Made by a program: the position numbers and the translations under genes | NCBI RefSeq assembly: GCF_021028975.2 | Contig: NC_059438.1 | Coordinates: 25,110,001 to 25,174,000, forward strand | Direction: 5' to 3' | Length of the DNA: 64,000 bases | Source of the DNA: Sphaerodactylus townsendi | Taxonomy: Eukaryota | The notes under the pieces: model-generated | What the model was told of the DNA's origin: nothing | The model's input: the letters and a program-made list of their open reading frames with translations, nothing else | The model's database searches: none | Shown: piece by piece, positions 1-12,100 of the stretch | Position numbering within the stretch: the stretch's first letter is position 1 | Layout: every line of letters begins with the position of its first letter

Positions 1-349
1 TTTGCCAGCCTGTTACCATCTCTGTCTACATCAGAGGTCCCCAGTATGGTGGTGCCCACTGACAGCTTTCTCCAGGCTCACCAAGGTTTTTTAGAAAGTG
101 GGCGGGGCTGTTGCCCAGCAGGACTTCTGATTGGCCACTGATGATTCAATTGGCTATGCAGCTTAAAGTGACATCGTTTCAGTGGCAGCCGCCACACAGT
201 GTTTGTTGTAGTCTCCCTGACTCTTATTTCCAGGCATATTTCGTAAATTACGCCTCTGCACTTTGGGGGAGGCGTCCAGTTGGGGAAAAGGCAAAAAGAG
301 GCTCTCTTCCCTCACAAAAGCAGAGGACCAGCCCACTTTGCAAGGCTGT

Positions 350-950
350 TGTACCGATCGCAACAAGGTCACGTGGGGCGCGGGGGGGCCTTTGGGAGAG
401 GGGCGCCGAGCTGGTGCTGCACCAGGGAGGGGTCGCCGAGGAATCAAACCCGCCACGGCCGCTGAACACGACCCTCGGCCACCTCCTGCGATTCGCGCAG
501 CACAGGAGCAGTAGCAGAGCGCCTCTGGGCATGCACCAAGTGTCCGACCCAAGGAACACCGCCTGCCCGCCCGCCCGCCCGCCTACCCAGGAGTGCGGAG
601 AGGCCCCGGCCGGCCGCGGCTCCACTCCCCTCCATCAGCCGCTCGCGCGTTCCCAGGTCTTCCGCCTCCGCTCAAGGGGCGCCACGGCTGGACAACCAAC
701 CGGCGCGCGCTGCGCTGTCATTGGCTGCCGCCGAGAGGCCCCTCTCGGCCAATAGGAATGTATCTCGCGTCTCCCGCCAGCCATTTCGAGAGTGGCGGCG
801 CCGGAAAGGGGTGCAGTGCGCCAGCGCCATCTTGGTTGTGGCGTCGCAGAGGGCCGAGGAGGGGGGGCGGGGTGGTGGGGACGCTCGGGTCTGCCCCGAG
901 ATCCAGGGCACCTCCACCCCGCCTGGAAAGGCAAAAGAAGCCCAAAAGCC
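350..950. promoter_or_regulatory. CpG-island promoter (probable FANCA promoter)
   Basis: CpG-dense. Opposed CCAAT boxes (ATTGG ~720, CCAAT ~749), YY1-type GCGCCATCTT at 824-833, GC boxes. Lies head-to-head with SPIRE2, as FANCA does in other amniotes. Confidence 0.65.
587..635 (-). CDS. FANCA: Putative first coding exon of Fanconi anemia group A protein (MEGSGAAAGRGLSALL-G|gtaggc); rest lies outside the window
   Basis: ATG in the CpG island, 16 codons + 1 nt, then a GT donor. It ends in ..LL with a phase-1 intron like mammalian FANCA exon 1 (..WAELL-A). Assignment rests mainly on synteny. Confidence 0.4.
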
Positions 951-1173
951 CCATTGCCAAAGTGGAGGGGGGTTGTCCAGGGCCAAGCCCTGGAGGAGAA
1001 GTCGATCTATGGCTGCCAATCTTGATCCTCCTTGATCTGAGATTGCAAAGAGAAGACAAATAATGCTGGGAAACCTGTCCATTGCTACCTTAGAAAGGCT
1101 GGACTCTGGAGCTTTCGGGCATCAGGGTGTAGGACAAAGAGGAAGGGGGAAACCTGTGATTTATCTGGGCAAT

Positions 1174-1388
1174 AATCGATTTATGGCTACCAATCTTGAT
1201 CCTCTTTGATCTGAGGTTGCAAATGCCTTAGCAGACCAGGTGCTCAGGAGCAGCAGCAGCAGCAGAAGGCCATTGCTTTCACATCCTGCCTGTGAGCTCC
1301 CAGAGGCACCTGGTGGGCCACTGCGAGTAGCAGAGTGCTGGACTAGATGGACTCTGGTCTGATCCAGCTGACTGTTTCTTATGTTCTT
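1174..1388 (+). mobile_element. CR1-type LINE 3' end (short duplicate fragment at ~1000-1049)
   Basis: Nearly identical to the 3' part of the longer copy at 33134-33489. Ends in ttcttatgttctt tail. Confidence 0.75.
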
Positions 1389-2970
1389 AAGCCGGGGCCG
1401 GAAGGCGTTCCCCCCCCCCCCCCCCGGACTGCCCAGCCCTGCCTGCAGGGCTCCCCATCCACCTACCCATTGCGGATGGCTCTCCCCCGGCGCCTCCTCG
1501 AAGAAGAGAAGGAGCCGCCTCCGTGGCGGTGGGGGGGGTGGCAGGACAGCTGTGCCAAAGGCGAGAAGCCGTGATAAGGGCCTGTCAATATTTGCTGGCT
1601 GTCAATTAGGATGAGACAGGACAGGCAGGAGCCCAGGAATGAGCCCTTCAGGGGCTTTGCAAACCAGAGAAGGAGATGTTTTCTTTTTGCCAGTCGGCGG
1701 TCACACTGCATGCATAGGAGGCTGCAGAGCATTTAGTTGGTCCTCTTGAAAGATGCATGTCCTGCCATGTCAGTTTCTGCCTATGACGGCTTGTGGAATG
1801 AATCACTAAGCACACACACACAACTATTCAGCACCCATTACAGGACATTTACTCTGAAGCACAAACTCCCTGTGTCATCCTGATAGGAGGCTGGGAGAGG
1901 CCAAGCCAGTGGACAAAGGCAAACAAATGTGGCAATTCTGGTCACAGGGTAGGATGGGCCCTCTCCCAAAATAGCAGGCATAGCAAAAGCCCTCGTGGTG
2001 GTGGTGAAGGGAGTCTGGAGGGGTGAGGTTCGCTGTGTGGTCTTGGGCAAGAGGTTCTTTCTCAGCCTAACCAGCCTCACAAATTTGTTCTGATGATCAA
2101 ATGGGTCTGCACTGATGAAAGCCCTTTGAGCGCCTTGGAGGAAAGGGGAGGTACAGGTGTGGTTCATTACAAAGAATTTGCCTCCATGGACAGTAAAACA
2201 CACCTCCTGTGCACTGAAGAATGAAGCATCCATACAGCTATAATGCCCTTTCCATTCTGCCCTTCTGGTGACCATTCTGTGCAGACTTTCTCAGGAGTGA
2301 CTCTCACAGAACTCCAAGGGACATGTGTTGATGCATACACGTGGGTAGTAAATATCTTACTAGAGACTTTTTATTTGTTTTAGCATTTTATTTTATTTGT
2401 TCAAAATATTTATATGCCATTTTTCTACCCAGTTCAAGGTCCACGAGATAGCAAACAATGAATACATTAAAACAAATGCAGAGAGAGAGCAATAAAAACA
2501 ACTGAACAAAATGAACACATAGTTGGGAAGGAAGATCACTGACAGAAGCAGAAGACAGAAACAGAGGAAGACAAATCTTCCGGGACAATGGCCCAACAAG
2601 AACCTGCCCACGAAGTTAGTGGGCTAATTTACCCCTGGATGGAGGTTTTTGCTTTGAATGAAACCTTATTGAAGAGTCTACATAGGAAGCAGAACTATTT
2701 TTGGCCCTTGCTTTTGAAATGAAGTACCTTCACAGTCTGTTACATCCCCTGTTTCCTTGCAAACAGCAGTTATTGACTAGGGACTGTTCCCCCGCTGGCC
2801 TGCTTTACATTGTGCACCTGAGCAAGGACAATATCAATACTATCCAGCTTTTGTCAGCAGACCATTTGCACAGCTTCTATTGAGCCTGCAGAGAGGGACA
2901 CTGGCCAAACACTGCATTATGGGTCTGTTTTTATATCTTTCCCTTGCAAGAAGCTGAAGGTTCAAAAATA

Positions 2971-3035
2971 CTTGCTTGGAGTGGCACGTAAGATCAGAGA
3001 AATGCTTGCTTGGAGTGGCACGTAAGATCAGAGAA
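2971..3035. repeat. Two-copy tandem duplication, 34-bp period
   Basis: cttgcttggagtggcacgtaagatcagagaa at 2971 and 3005. Confidence 0.9.
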
Positions 3036-3898
3036 CCATTTACTTTTTTGCATGTGAGTTTGCTCCCTGCCAGCCTTCAGTCTCTATGACCTACAAGCAA
3101 GGCAGCACAAGCATTGACAGGCTCTGATGGGGGGAGAGAGACACTGCAGGGACCAGCAAGTGGGAGCTGAAGGACTGGCAATCCTGCAAGATCAGGTGGC
3201 TGGCTGGGTCAGGGTCTCTGCAGAGGGTGGGTGCAGCAGGGCAGGGGCCACAGAGTCAGGAAGCCCCCGGTCTGCTTTCTGTTTTTGCTTCCTGGCCTGG
3301 GACTGACTAGTCTTGCACAGGTATTTGCAAACCTCCCAGTCAGCTAGAAGAGAAAAATAGGAGAATGACAGGAATTAGATCCTGTCTGGGAGCATCCATG
3401 CACATTGTGCTGTCACTTTTCAAAGTGCTGCACAAAGACACACAGCACCATCCTCTGCATGTTTACTCTGGAGTAAGGTCCATAGAGCTGTTGCTTCTTA
3501 AGCCTGCACAGGGTTTTGTCCCTTTCCCGTCATCCCCCATCTCCTCTTGGAACTCCTCCCTCCAGTCCGTACTGCTGCCCAGCCATTGCATGTGGCCTGC
3601 AGAGTCCAAGACCACGGGCCTCTGTCCTGAGGTGCCTGCCTTCTGCAAGAGCCAACTGTCGAGGCAGCAGTGCTTAATGCAATCACAGTCTTGCTATTTC
3701 TCTGAGCAGGCTGGGTGATTCTCGAGTCACCTTTCATGGGAGAAGGAACCCGTGCTGGTGGGAGAGGCTGCCTAACCCCACCCCACCCCTGGAAGTGCCT
3801 GCCCAGTTCTTCCCTGAGACCTGGCATCTCTGCCAAGGAGATATACCTCGGCACCTGTGGAGTTTCATCACCTGGTAAGGCATCCTCACCTCCCCACT

Positions 3899-4516
3899 CA
3901 TGCAGGTGGGATCCAGCAGGTTCTCACCAGTTCCCTAGAGCCGGGTTACCACTCATTTGTGTGTGCCTGGCAGGAAGCCACTAATTGGGTCCACTTCTTC
4001 AAGAAAACTCCATTAGGTCCAAAAATCATCAAGTTCTGTTGTTTCCTTCGTGGCTGGTTAGCGAAGGTAGAAAACTGGATAATTCTCCCTGTTGGGCTGT
4101 TTTAAAAACATGTTTTAGAAATATGGTAGAGTTCCTTGTTTAAGGAAAGTATTCTTCTTTTGATTTCTAGAAACAAAATTAAGTATTTGAAAGTATTAAG
4201 TATTTGACATGCAGCCAATTAGAGGAGAAATAGTTGTTTCTGTTGGCAGTAGATGATAGGACTTGCTATAATACGAGTTTTAAATCATGGACAGAAAAGA
4301 TTTGATACCAGCCAGAAATTAGGAACTTTTTTTGTTTATTGCAGGAGCTTTTTTTATAAAGTAACAGAGAAATTACAATGCCCCCGCCGTGCCCGGATCA
4401 TCACTCTTACTGGGCGCCTGCTGTAGCCCAGCCTCCAGTCCTACTGGATGCTACGCCACTGTTTGAATCCCACCACCATGGGAACCTGTTACTAAAATTT
4501 TTGGATCCCACCACTG
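3899..4516. mobile_element. Non-autonomous DNA transposon, hAT-like, family C (caGWGGTGGGATCC termini)
   Basis: TIR ggtgggatcca...tggatcccaccactg. Near-TSD tccccact/cccccact. Ends shared with 7230-7421 and 22098-22489. Confidence 0.7.
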
Positions 4517-5555
4517 CCCCCACTGGTGAACCCGTTTCCTCCTCCCACCTCCCTTGGACGTGACTTCTAAAGCCAGACTTTTGCTCCTCCTTGCAGTCAG
4601 TGACGCGCCCCCTCACAGCCTGTGCTGCTGGGCCTTTAAAGTTGTGTCCTCATTTAGGCCTCACCAACCAGCTGCATTTGATTTGCTTATTAGTGTGGGG
4701 TATGCTCTGGAAGTAGTTTGCTTGGGGCAATTCCTGGAGCTTGTGGTAGTTGCTGTATCTGTGCTGAGCTCGGTTTGATGAACCGTGTTGTAGGTACGTG
4801 GTGGTTACTGTAGCGGGGGTCTGTTGCCACAGTTGAGAGCATCCACCAGCAACATGTTGTTTCTGTTTGGGGCCTTCCTAAGATAAGAGTGGGGGGGGGG
4901 GGGGGAGGCCCCTAAATTCATGCTCTTTTGATCCTTTAATGGGCCATTCCCCCCCTGTACAGTTTATTGAGCTATAAGGAATTAACCCAGCTAATCCAAG
5001 CTAATTAAAATGTCATTTGAATAGAGCGGTGGATGGTGAATGTGTGCCTTACGTAGAATGGGATAATGAAAGGGCTTCTTCCCGGTGGACAAAGGATTGT
5101 TTGTGAATTAGTTTAACTAATTTTCATACATATTTTCCTAAGCACCACTGTGCCTCTTTCACCTATGAATAGTTTGAAGTCACCAGTAAATTTAGTCACT
5201 TTTTCTTTCCTGGTTTTGTTTTCAATGTCCTGTATCTTGGCACATTACTGGAACCGTTCTCTTTTGGAGCTTCAGCAAAATCTCCCTCAATTCCATGATT
5301 CTCAGGGCTTGGAAAACATCTATTATTTTTGTTAAAAACTGCTACATTTATGTATATGGACAGGGTTTTTGTGATTCCCTCGTTGCTGGTGTGGTGGCTG
5401 ATAAAGGGAGAATGCACTGGGGGCCTGACATGGCAAAGTTCCTGCAGCTTCTCTGCCTGTCCCCCAGTAGCAGCTACCTCCTCTGCGCGGCTACTAGTAT
5501 TTCAGCCATTTTTATAAGTCACCACTAAACTATCATGACACCACTATGGCATTAT

Positions 5556-5859
5556 GAAGAAGAAGAAGGGTTTTTGATCAAGGTCTCCTCTCCTCCCTTT
5601 CTCTCCTACAGGAGACTCAAAGGGGCTGACAATCTCCTTGCCCTTCCCTCCTCACAACAAACACCCTGTGAGGTGGGTGGGGCTGAGGGAGCTCCGAGAA
5701 GCTGTGACTAGCCCAAGGTCACCCAGCTGGCGTGTGTGGGAGTGCCCAGGCTAATCTGAATTCCCCAGAGAAGCCTCCACAGCTCAGGCGGCAGAGCTGG
5801 GAATCAAACCCGGTTCCTCCAGATTAGATACACAAGCTCTTAACCTCCTACGCCACTGC
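5556..5859 (-). mobile_element. tRNA-derived SINE (Squam3/L2-partner-like), full length
   Basis: Reverse complement of the SINE at 15781. (gaa)n tail at left. Confidence 0.85.
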
Positions 5860-6760
5860 ATATATCAGTACATGAATTACTGGTGGGTTCTCTGAAATCC
5901 CAGCTCTTTTTAAAAAGTACAAATGCACCATGATTTTCTGGGGAAGCAGGGAGTAAACCCCCTTCCCAGGAGCACTGGACCTGGGGCAGATAGCCTGTGC
6001 TGAAATGGCCCAATTGAAGTTTCCCAATAACTTTCTTTTAAGGGGTGGGTGCAAAAGGCAAACTTGGTTTGGGGATGCCTCTTTAAAAGGTCACGCCAAC
6101 ACACCTGTTCTGGGCTTGCATAAGCTTTTAAAAAATACCTGAACATGATAGAATGACATAACAATAGGAGGGCGTGTGAGTGCGTATCCTTGTTTGTTGA
6201 GGATATCACAGGCGGCTGCCCGTGTGCCTGTGAGAATCACGCAGCTGCATTCCACACAGCATGCGACTGCAGTTAGCACCTCAGCCTGACGAAGAAGCCA
6301 TCCTCCCTGCGTGCGTGCACACACACTCTTAATTGTGTGGGGAGAGGGGGAATGGAATGTCCCTGGTCTGAATCTCTGCCCTGAGGAAAGACCTGCAGGC
6401 TTCCTCCTCCAGGAGAGAGTGACCAACATGACCCACACTGAGGAAAGTTGCCCTCAGCCCCCTCCTAGATGTCTTGCATCTGCCCCAAACCACCACCACC
6501 ACCACCCCGGGGCTCTGCTTTCCTGCAGGTTTGTTTGGGGGTCGGTTGCAGGAGCCTCCTGTGGGACAGAGCAGTTGGTAGCATCTGCATGGGTGATTTC
6601 TAGGGTCAGGGCTGGATGTCTCTCTTTGGCAGGATCTGGGCCGCTGGTTGCCAGATGGCCAAACAAAACAGAGGCATCTTAAAGGCTCACAATGTTTATT
6701 CCAGTATGAGCTTTGGTAAGCCAGACCTCCCTTTCTCAGAGACCAGGAAAAGGGGGGGGG

Positions 6761-6891
6761 GCTTTCACAGCTGGAATCACTGGGGTGTTGTGGGGTTTCC
6801 AGGCTATATGGCTGTGTTCCAATAGCATTCTCTCCTGACATTTCGCCTGCATCTGTGGCTGGCCGTACAGCCCGGAAACCCCCCAATACCC
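6761..6891. mobile_element. Internally deleted fold-back element (Penelope-like terminal repeat derived)
   Basis: Same family as 45389-45670 and 53954-54060. Ends are inverted to each other. Confidence 0.55.
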
Positions 6892-6985
6892 TCCACCCCG
6901 GGAAAAAGTCATTTTGAGAAAGCCACAGAAGGGGACCTTATAAGGCAGCTGCCCCTTTGGATCTGTCTCCCCCTTTCTTCTGTCT

Positions 6986-7190
6986 CTTATTTTATTTATT
7001 TATTTTATTTTATTGGATTTTTATACCGCCCCATCCCCGAAGGGCTCTGGGCGGTGCACAACATATAAAATACAGTACAAAATAAGTAACCATTTAAGGC
7101 AGCGATAAAAATGATCAATTCCTACTCTAATTATAAAACTCAGCAGGTTAAAATGGCGTCCAGCATTCTTAATGTGCAACTGGCCATTTG
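6986..7190 (-). mobile_element. L2-like LINE 3' end with (ttta)n tail
   Basis: (ttta)n followed by ttttataccgccc...ctctgggcggtgcacaac stem-loop typical of L2 tails. Confidence 0.55.
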
Positions 7191-7229
7191 CTGGCTTGGA
7201 TCTTGGGGGTGGCACAAAAGGGTTGGAGG

Positions 7230-7421
7230 CAGTGGTGGGATCCAAAATTTTTAATAACAGGTTCTGATGGTGGTGGGATTCAAACACTGGCGCTGCCGCA
7301 CACACGCCCCTCCAGTCCCTATTGGGCAGGGAGGTTGCTTTAGTAACCCCTTCTCGGCACTCAGAAAAAATTAGTAACCACTTCTAGAGAAGCGGTAAGA
7401 ACTGGTTGGATCCCACCTCTG
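7230..7421. mobile_element. Non-autonomous hAT-like element, family C
   Basis: TIR cagtggtgggatcca/tggatcccacctctg. 8-bp TSD gttggagg/gttagagg. Confidence 0.85.
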
Positions 7422-7949
7422 GTTAGAGGGCTGCTGAGGGAAGAGGGCTTGAAGCGCCACCTTCGCAAGAGGTGTCAGGCAGACCCTGCAAAGAGGGGGG
7501 GGGGCTCTCCTCCCCATCCGTCAGAGAACAGCAGTGGGCCTACCGGCCACCTAGACTTAGCAGAAACTGTGCTGGAGGACTTGTCTGAGTCAGGGTCTCT
7601 AGTACAAGGAAGCCTCTGGGCATGACCAGAGAGCCAACTGAGCACCACTGTTGTGTTGTAGTTAGGAGAGTTGGGCTTGTGTCTGGGAGACCTGGGTTAG
7701 AGTCTTGGGCCAGTCACCTTCTCTCAGCCTAACCTACCTTGCAAGGGTGTTGTGAGGATACAAGTGCTTTGGTCTTCTTTGGGGAGAAAGGTGAAGTACA
7801 AAGTAGTTCAGAAAGGAAAGCCCAGTTTCCCAGCCTGCAGAGCCGCTGTCTGAGATTCGGGGTCTTCCCCCTTCTTCCGGGGGGGGGGGGGCCGGGGGCT
7901 CCTCCTTGCTCTGTCGGTGGCCTTTCTTCTTTCCTGCTTGCAGAGATCC

Positions 7950-9110
7950 AGCCAGCGGCCCTTCGCCTCGTGGGACAGACGGCTGGATCGGGCCCGCCCA
8001 AACGCGCGAGAAGTCACGCTCGGGTCTGGCTGGAAGGTACGGCTCCCAGGAGGCGCGCCTCCTCATCCCCGCGCCCCTTTCCAAAGCCGGGTTCCTCCCT
8101 GCTGCCAAGGGTGCTTCTGAGCACGTCCAGAGTACTGCTACCTCTGCCGCCCCGGGCGGGGCTTGAGGCGGGGGGCGGGGCGGGCGGTGGGGCCGGGAGG
8201 GGCGCGGCCGCCCGGCTGAGCCCTCCCCTTCCCCCTCCTCCTCCTCCTGCCAGGCTGCCCGGCAGCGCCGCTGGGATGGGACGCGGCCCGGCTGTGCGGA
8301 GGCGCGCATGATGGAGCGGCGGCCATGGCCCGAGCAGCGGCGGCGGCGGTGGCGGGATCGGCCGGCGGCGGCGTCGGGGCCCCGGGAGCGGCGCGGGCGT
8401 CGAGGGGCGCTGCGGAGGAGGCGGCGGCGGCGGCGGCGGGAGTCGGCGTCGGGGGGGAGCCGGGGGAGCTGTCCGTGGCGGAGGTGCTGAAGGCCTACGA
8501 GCAGCCCGTGAACGAGGAGCAGGCGTGGGCCGTGTGCTTCCAGTGCTGCCGGGGGCTGCGGGGCGCCGAGAAGGGCTGGGGGCCGGCCGGACGCATCCGC
8601 GACACCGCCGACCTCCTGCTGCACCGCGACGGCTCCGTCTCGGCCCGCGGAGAGTACGGCGTCGCAGGTAGGACCACCACGGCGGGCGGGCGGGCGGGCG
8701 GGCGGGGCTGGCCCAGGGAGCGTCGCCTGCAGCCCGCGGCCCTCCCCCCGCCGGGCACCCTTGGGGGCTTCCACGCCGCCTCTGCTGGGACAAGACCCGA
8801 GCTCAGCGAGCCCTGCGGAATCTCCTCGGCTTGGGGGGAGGGGGTGTGGCTTTGTAAGGGGGGCCATGATGAAGGCGACCAAGCTGGCTGCTTTGCCTTC
8901 TGGGCGCCCTGAGGAAGCCTGGGCTGGAAGCGCCCGCAGAGCCCTTCGGGGTGGGAATAAGAGCGGAGTTGTCACCGGGGGTCCCGCGGACAGGAGAGCT
9001 GGCCGCTCCCTCGGGCGTCCGGAGCCAGCAGGAAACGATGACTCATGGAGGGAGTTTTCCCCGGGGCCAGCGGAGCAAAGCAAAATTCCGGGGCAGAAAT
9101 CGGGGGGGGG
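7950..9110. promoter_or_regulatory. SPIRE2 CpG island/promoter
   Basis: Very CpG-rich. Multiple GGGCGG boxes at 8155-8215. Spans exon 1. Confidence 0.75.
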
Positions 9111-12100
9111 GGGGGGGCGGCCTCTGTTTTGGGGGCTCCTTTTTCCGTGCGTGTGTGCGTGTGTGTGAGCCCACCACAGAGTTGATGCAGAGGGGGTTTG
9201 TTAAAGTGAGAGAGCCTTGTGTGGCATTCACGGTCATCCAGAGCAGGTACATTTGGGAATGAAGGGGGGGGGGAGAGAGAGAGAATGTGGTAAAGAAGCT
9301 TTTCTTCCTGGTCTAGAACAAGACAGGCTGGCTGTGTGGGGAATGCAAGCCTTGGCAGGGTCCAAAGGGCAGTTGAGTTTAGTCTCTTGCCACAGTTCCT
9401 TGTAGAGCAGCAGTTTCGTTCCTTCCTGTGTCACAAATAAGTGTCCCTGTTAGGTGCCAAATTCTGCAGAGCAGACGGGGCCAGCCAAAAGTCGAGCAGT
9501 GCCCTGCAGTGGTTGCTTGCCCGTGCCCAGCCATCTTCCCAGCCCCAAATCAACTGTGGGGTCAGTCATGAAACCAGGTTCAGCCACCCAGGCAGGTAGC
9601 CCAGGCTGGCTAATCTCACGGGTCTGTTGCATGTCTTGAAGGTCACCACTCGTCCTGCAGGGCTGCGTGCGCCAGCTCCACTTGCAGCTGCAGTGCATTG
9701 ATGAATGTGCAGATAAAAGGTTAATGTGCTTTTAAAACACTTTTTCAGCGGCAGCAGTTAGGGGGCAGCTGGTTCGAGCATTACTGAGCTATGCGTTGTG
9801 GTAAAAGAGTGGATGAACTTCTAAATTATATATATATTTATGTGTGTGTGTGTATGCCCTGCACTTCTAGCCAGCACTTTGAGGTAACCAACAGGGAAAG
9901 GAAGCCGGTGGCACCTGTGTGACATTGTAGCCCTCTGCCCTTTGCCTTCTCCTTCCTGAGTTCCCTGAGCCCCAGTGAGAGGGGTGGGGTGGAGCCCAGG
10001 CCCTGGTGAGAGCTGAATTATCTTTATTGCTCCGGCACAGAGGTCAAAGTAGCACCCATGGTTGCTTTATAGCAGTGGTGGCGAATTAGCATTAAACCTA
10101 AGACCTAGTTTTGGGGAAGCAGTGTAGGTAACTCTGTTAGGCGCTGTTAAACCCCACTAATTTTCATGCAAAGAACTAAAGCTCGATCCTTTACCTGGGA
10201 GTAAGCTTGGTTGCTGGCAATGGGGCTTGTTCTGAGTAAACACTCCCAGGGTCGTGATTCACCCGTTGGAAGAGTTGCACGGTTGCTTCAAAGCAAAGCC
10301 ACCGACTACCACCAAGCTTACTCCCAAGTAATGCACGCCTCGGAGCCAACCGTTTTTCTAAACTAAAACCTCAGTATTCAGGTTAAATTGCCGTGTTGGC
10401 ACTTTTGATAAATAAGTGGGTTTTGGGTTGCAATTTGGGCACTCGGTCTCGAAAAGGTTCGCCATCACTGCTTTATAGCCTTGGCATGCTCCTGAAATGT
10501 GTAATTATGCCACGATGGGGAAGTGTTGGTAGAAAATGAAGTTAGGGAGAGGGTGCACTCAGTGTTCAGGCTTCAGCGCATCAGTGCCATCGAGTTGCAA
10601 TCAATTTATGGTGACCTCAGCAAGGGCCTTTTAAGGCCAGGGGGAAGCAGCTGTGGTTTGCTGTTGCCTTCCACTGCAGAGCCTTCCTTGCGGGTCTCCC
10701 ATCCAAACACTCATCCTTCTTAGCTTCCAAGATCTGAGGAGATCGGGCTATATGATGCTGTTTTTCCTCCATGTGTTAAGACTTGGTGGGTGGTACAAAA
10801 AAGTTACCCTCCCCGTGTAGTCCCAATATGAAATTGCATGGTTTGGAACTGAGGCACAGTTGAATTTATCCTAGCTTGGGGTTTGAAAATAGCTGCTTCA
10901 TCTCTTCTGAGGATGTCTCTACACGCATTCTGTCCAACATGAAACCGGGGGGTGGGGGTCTGCCAAGGGGTTTTTGGTTGGGACTCCCTTTTGCCCCAGA
11001 GTCTCCAAGAAAGGTCAGAGATCCAGGGCTGTCCTTTCTCTGCTAAATAACACCCTTTCCCCTCCGATTAGTCTGAGCAAATGTTTTAGTGTTGAATGGT
11101 ACCTTCTGACTTTGGCGTGCCTGGTCCGTGGGTGTGTGGGTGTGGGTGTGGGTGTGTGGGTGTGTCTGTTGCTATCATCTCATTGGTTTGGTTCATGCAG
11201 TTGATGATACACACAGTCCACAATACACCGTTTGGTGTTCAGGCTGTTGCTTCTTAACTCTTCCCAGTTTTAGGAAATGCTGGTAGAAAAAAATAGAGCC
11301 AACTCCAGAGGAAGAAAAAGAAGCAGGGAAAGAAACAGAATAAAATATGTTCTATCAAGGTGGTTGTTCCCGAAGCTCCTTTTTTTCCCCTTTTAAAATT
11401 GTGGGCCTAAATGCTAGTTTCAGTTCCAGTGAAATAAGCCTGCAGGAATGTGCCCAAGTTAATGAGCAAGACGCAGCTGCTCCTGCTGTTTGAATGCATC
11501 ATTTGCTCCACTTATACCCCACCTTTCACCCCTGCGGGAAAGAGTCTGACCTCATTCTCCTTGCCTCCATTTTATCCTCCATTTTATCCTCATAACAACA
11601 ACCCTGTGAGGCAGGTCAGACTGAGAAAGAGAGTGGCTGCCTGAAGGTCACACAGCAAGCTTCTGTGGCAGAGTGAGGATTCAAACCTGGGTCCCCCCCC
11701 CAGCCCTAGTCCAGAATTCCAACCACTACCCCCCACTGTCTTATGCAGTTTGCAAAATATGGAGGCAGCTGGGTGGCTTTTGGGTGCATTCTTAATTAGC
11801 GTGTACCTCTATCCAGAGCAGAAGGCTGGGGTCTGATTTAGACTGTGGAGGCCAAGTTTCCTACGTGCTTCTCTGTCGTGTTGTCCTGCCCGAATGACCA
11901 TCTTTCAAGCAGTAATTCTTGATTCAAGCATTAGCTTCCTGTTGGAGAGCCCTCCCTCACCACCACCACCACCACCCCGGCACTTCAAGTCACATGTGCA
12001 TAATTTCAAGGACGTCTGGCTGCTGCCCTCTGACCTGGCATCTTTTCCTTCTTCCAGCCCCAAGATACCACTCAGTTCTGGGGGAAAAGGGGATCCCACG

